From: Neodothiora populina
Taxonomy: Eukaryota
Reading direction: 5' to 3'
NCBI RefSeq assembly: GCF_041146345.1
Contig: NW_027191417.1
Span: forward strand, 434,001 to 498,000
DNA: 64,000 nt
Below the pieces are notes generated by a model. It did not search any database. It was not told where the DNA came from and was given only the letters and a program-made list of their open reading frames with translations. The translations under genes were made by a program, and so were the position numbers. Shown in pieces: positions 60,496 to 64,000 of this stretch (position 1 is its first letter; the number at the start of each line of letters is the position of its first letter).

Positions 60496-61965
60496 ATGGG
60501 TATCAAGGACACTGGAGATTACTTGACAGCTCGCGCAGCCAACCCGAGGACTGGTCTGATCAGCCCAAGCGTCGCCACGGTACATACACCACGGACCCCA
60601 CTGACCCCAGGCGAAGCGTTACGACTATACAGCCACACCGATCTCCAAGTATCACCCGTCAAACATATCTCCAGACAGTGCGGCCAGAACGCGCGGAAGA
60701 AGCAGTACAGATCCACATCGTCACGATGGATGCAACACGACTCAGGATGGTCCGTCGAGGCGATTGTCGAGCAAGCTCAACCTAAGATGATCCATGCGAA
60801 CATCGCAGCAACACGTGCGGCTGGTAGACCGCCTACAGATCGCTTCATTATTCCTATGCCATCGGGCAGAGATCCTCGACCATTCGAGAAGGTGGAAACG
60901 CGCAGCTCTCAGCTCACGTCTCTCGCACAACGCACACAACATGAAAGTCATTCGACATCTGGTCTGAATGGCCGCATGATCAGTGGGGGTGCAGGACCCA
61001 GGAAATTCGCAGAAGCGGTACAGAAATTACGGTTGCACGCATCGGAAGGACGTCAAGCGGAAAGTGAGCCAAGCGCAGGGTATGCTACTAACAGAGTAAT
61101 CCAGATGCCTTCATTGAGCCGATGCACCGATGGGGAGTCACTTCCTCCCACTCTGCAGGCCTTACGATCTACATCCTCCAGCAGCATAGACAGCATACCA
61201 CGAACGACAATCGACATGCCCGGCAGCTACACACCAGTACAGAAACACTTCCACCACATAAAGCGCAAACCCATAGGCTCTCCACGAGCCATCAAAGACC
61301 GCCGCGCCTCAAGCGCAACAGCAATAACGACCAAGTCAGCAGCAGAAAAAGAAGTCCTCCTAGTCACCCCTGCGCCAGCGTCTTTGATCGTGCAAGCTTC
61401 CGCCACTCGAACAACACGAGCCGACGAGTCCAAGGCCGGCAGATTCCGCGACTTCAGACATCTGCCTCGCGTGCGCATCATACATCCCGAAACCGCGCAG
61501 GAGCAGCGAGAAGTTACGACACCGGTGGACTTGACGATGCGTTCTCGTTCATCCGACAATCACGCGGATGAGAATCCAAGCTCTGCTGTACCCTTCACAC
61601 GACACTCTCGTGCTCTGAAGAATACCCTCCCTCACGACCCCGCTCTTGTTGGAAGTCACATCACACACGCCTTAGCAAGAGGTATCACTCTATTCTTCAA
61701 GTGGACACGAAGAACATGGTCTTCGAACCCTACAACTATCCACGCATTGAACATCATAACAGACGAAACAGCAGATCCGACAGCACGATTGGACGCGTTG
61801 AGGGTTTTAGTTCGAGTCGGTAGAAGGTTCGCGTTGCTTTTGGGTGTTTTGGTTGTGTTGGTCAGGATTGGTGTCATGGTATGGCAGGTTTTGGTTTTTG
61901 TGCTGTGGCCTGTCAGGGCGATCTTGATGGTCATGGAGTGGATGTGGATGGAGAGGGGAGTTTGA
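60496..61965 (+). CDS. Hypothetical protein, mostly disordered, with a hydrophobic C-terminus
   Basis: 489-aa intronless ORF; C-terminal FALLLGVLVVLVRIGVMVWQVLVFVLWPV. Confidence 0.65.
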   Translation: MGIKDTGDYLTARAANPRTGLISPSVATVHTPRTPLTPGEALRLYSHTDLQVSPVKHISRQCGQNARKKQYRSTSSRWMQHDSGWSVEAIVEQAQPKMIHANIAATRAAGRPPTDRFIIPMPSGRDPRPFEKVETRSSQLTSLAQRTQHESHSTSGLNGRMISGGAGPRKFAEAVQKLRLHASEGRQAESEPSAGYATNRVIQMPSLSRCTDGESLPPTLQALRSTSSSSIDSIPRTTIDMPGSYTPVQKHFHHIKRKPIGSPRAIKDRRASSATAITTKSAAEKEVLLVTPAPASLIVQASATRTTRADESKAGRFRDFRHLPRVRIIHPETAQEQREVTTPVDLTMRSRSSDNHADENPSSAVPFTRHSRALKNTLPHDPALVGSHITHALARGITLFFKWTRRTWSSNPTTIHALNIITDETADPTARLDALRVLVRVGRRFALLLGVLVVLVRIGVMVWQVLVFVLWPVRAILMVMEWMWMERGV

Positions 61966-62130
61966 AGCGCGGATGGGTGGGGCAAGAGTCTTTGACTTAG
62001 ACTATTGCTGTTGTATTGGTGGCACTTCTTCTGTTGTGACCTTGTCTACCCTACTCTACTTAGTAGAAACACATTGGGGGCCGTCGCATGCTAGACCCAG
62101 AAACCTCTTGCAATCCCATTTCCCCCAGGC

Positions 62131-64000
62131 TTAAGACCATCTTTTGAACGCAACAATCATACCATAGTCACCCACTGCAATACACCATTTCCCACAATAA
62201 CTCCACGCGACCTGCCGACATGCAAAATTCAGTGACCCGGGTATATGAATCAGTTTGTGAGCAGGGATAGGCTTGAGAGGATCCGACAACACTGTGAGCG
62301 GTTTTGCTATATCGTTGTCAGTGGCTACTGAGAGTGTCCAGTCGTACGTTTGCAAGAAGTGGGAAATGATGAGTTGCGTCTAGAGTATTTTCAGTATCGG
62401 GCGGCTGGTGGGACTCACTGGCTGATTCATCATCGTCCTCAGAGTCGCTCGTAGTCCCTGTATCCTGCTGTCAGTACCGACATATAACTGAAAGGGAGTA
62501 GCACGGATGGAGCATCGCGACCGCTGCAATGCCCCGCGATGCACCGGATTTACCCTGTGTATCTGTCGTGTCGTTGTCGAGCTCGTAGGTGTCCAAGAGA
62601 TGCTGGAGGTCCCAGAAGCTATACTTGCTGAGCTCGTCGCCCATAGCAAGCATGGGCCGATGGTGTGGCTGGTTGAAAAGACCAAAGCGCATATAGAAGG
62701 GTGTTGCTGGCCACAGCTCAAAAGTCAAGAGCAGCTGGAAGCGACCGCCGAATGCTGAGCGAGTGTGAACGCCGGGTTCAGGAATCGGTGGTTCAGGACT
62801 ACTGGCGTCAGTATCTATGAGTTGGTAAGGCATTGGTGACAAAGCTCACTCCTCTCCTCCACGCGGAAACCCATCAATTTTCCAGAGAATGATATCATTC
62901 CTCTTGAAGTCATCAGGGCTCTTCGTAGGTTTCTTGACCGGGCTGCCTCCGCAAGCGCGCGACAAGATTAGATCACCAAAAAACTCGATGCTGAGACTCT
63001 TTAGATAAGCAGATGTTCAAACAGATCGATGAGCTCTCCACGCACCAATCGACATAATCAGAGTGAATCTCACTCGATGCAAACAGCGGGTAGTGACACT
63101 CCTTGATCACATCCGTGCCCATCTCTTCGTCTGATAGGTCGGGTACGGCCCACTGGTACTTGCATTAGTATTTCCCAGTGGCATGATAGCATTAACATAC
63201 TCACCAGACAGACCATGGTGTCTTCACCTCCCGAAATCAAGTACTTGCCGCTGGAGTGGAAGCCCTATCACAGGTCAGCGACCACGTGCCACACCGCATG
63301 CTGAATGGATGCGATACCAATGTGAGGATGGGCTGAGTATGACCACCGCCGCCCAATATCGCTGCACATGGCTGCTTTTGGTGACGCGGATTTAACGTCC
63401 ACAGTCGGATCGAGTAATCAGCAGAGCCAGACGCCAGTAATGTAGACGATCTCGGTGACACTGCAAGGTCATTGATGTCCTGAGAATCGTGCGGTCAGCA
63501 ATCATACCATAATGTGTACAGATATAGGAGTCTCATGCTTACACCTCCATGACCATTAATCACCTGCGAGTTTCACATATCAGTCCATTGACACATGCAT
63601 TTGGTTGTTTGCATAGACCACAGACCTTGACCAAAGTCCCCGTCAATGGATTAAAGACCTTGATCGACTTCGATCCCGAACCAGCGACACACAGCAGAGG
63701 ATCGCCGGTGCTGATATCCTGCGCCCAGGCAAGAGAGTTGAGTATGAGGTTTTCCTAGGATCGGTTGGCTATTGAGAATCGTGCGCACATTCGGTGTGTT
63801 CTACTTGCATTGGGATCGCGGATGTGTTTCAGAGTATGGAACGTAGTATCGCCCTGACTATCTGGGCGAAGGACGAATACCTACAACAGGCATCAGATGG
63901 CATTCAATGTGAGAGGATCTACCAGGCCAAACAAACATCTCCACTTTCCACTACAGCGAAAATTGGATCGGCATCGGGAACATCGTATGGATAGAACTTC
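62131..64000 (-). CDS. EED: Polycomb PRC2 WD40 subunit EED/ESC, multi-exon, 5' end outside the window
   Basis: KFYPY...PIFAVV, LNSLAWAQD, LLASGSADYSIRLW, CAAILGGGGH, HYPLFASSEIHSDYVD, FYMRF, CRQVAWS. Confidence 0.85.

Noticed and set aside
1..64000. CRISPR arrays, intact transposons, rRNA genes, prophage or viral inserts
   Set aside because: I saw no repeat-spacer array, transposase/RT/integrase motifs, LTR/TIR pairs or rRNA sequence.

Overview
Gene-dense eukaryotic DNA from a filamentous ascomycete (Pezizomycotina). Evidence: short 50-100 bp introns with CTRAC/CTAAT branch sites and a Zn2Cys6 factor; the exact taxon cannot be fixed from sequence alone. I find about 22 protein-coding genes plus one intronless tRNA-Arg(CCT). 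The genes are: F-box/LRR-CAAX protein, DUF1772, PAS kinase, TOP3, DUF1295, a DDFGDF-motif protein, a TBC Rab-GAP, HIS2, a GVP36-like BAR protein, a Zn2Cys6 TF, a RING-H2 protein, aspartate aminotransferase, gamma-glutamylcyclotransferase, DUF3237, FKBP12, a second F-box protein, SMC2, LEU1, ALG7, SEH1, an unknown tail-anchored-like protein, and 5'-truncated EED. I see no intact transposon, rRNA, CRISPR array or secondary-metabolite backbone gene, and no clearly new multi-gene system. The most notable observations are: an unannotated four-exon ORF with a 20-nt micro-exon (24219-24768, minus); two GC-AG introns; an uncharacterised clathrin/AP-1-accessory-like protein head-to-head with the Rab-GAP; an FKBP12 with a likely mitochondrial isoform; a tRNA acceptor stem with four G-U pairs; and Leu3/Gcn4-type sites next to amino-acid and TORC1 genes. 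Exon structures were derived by hand, and family names come from motif recognition, not database searches.
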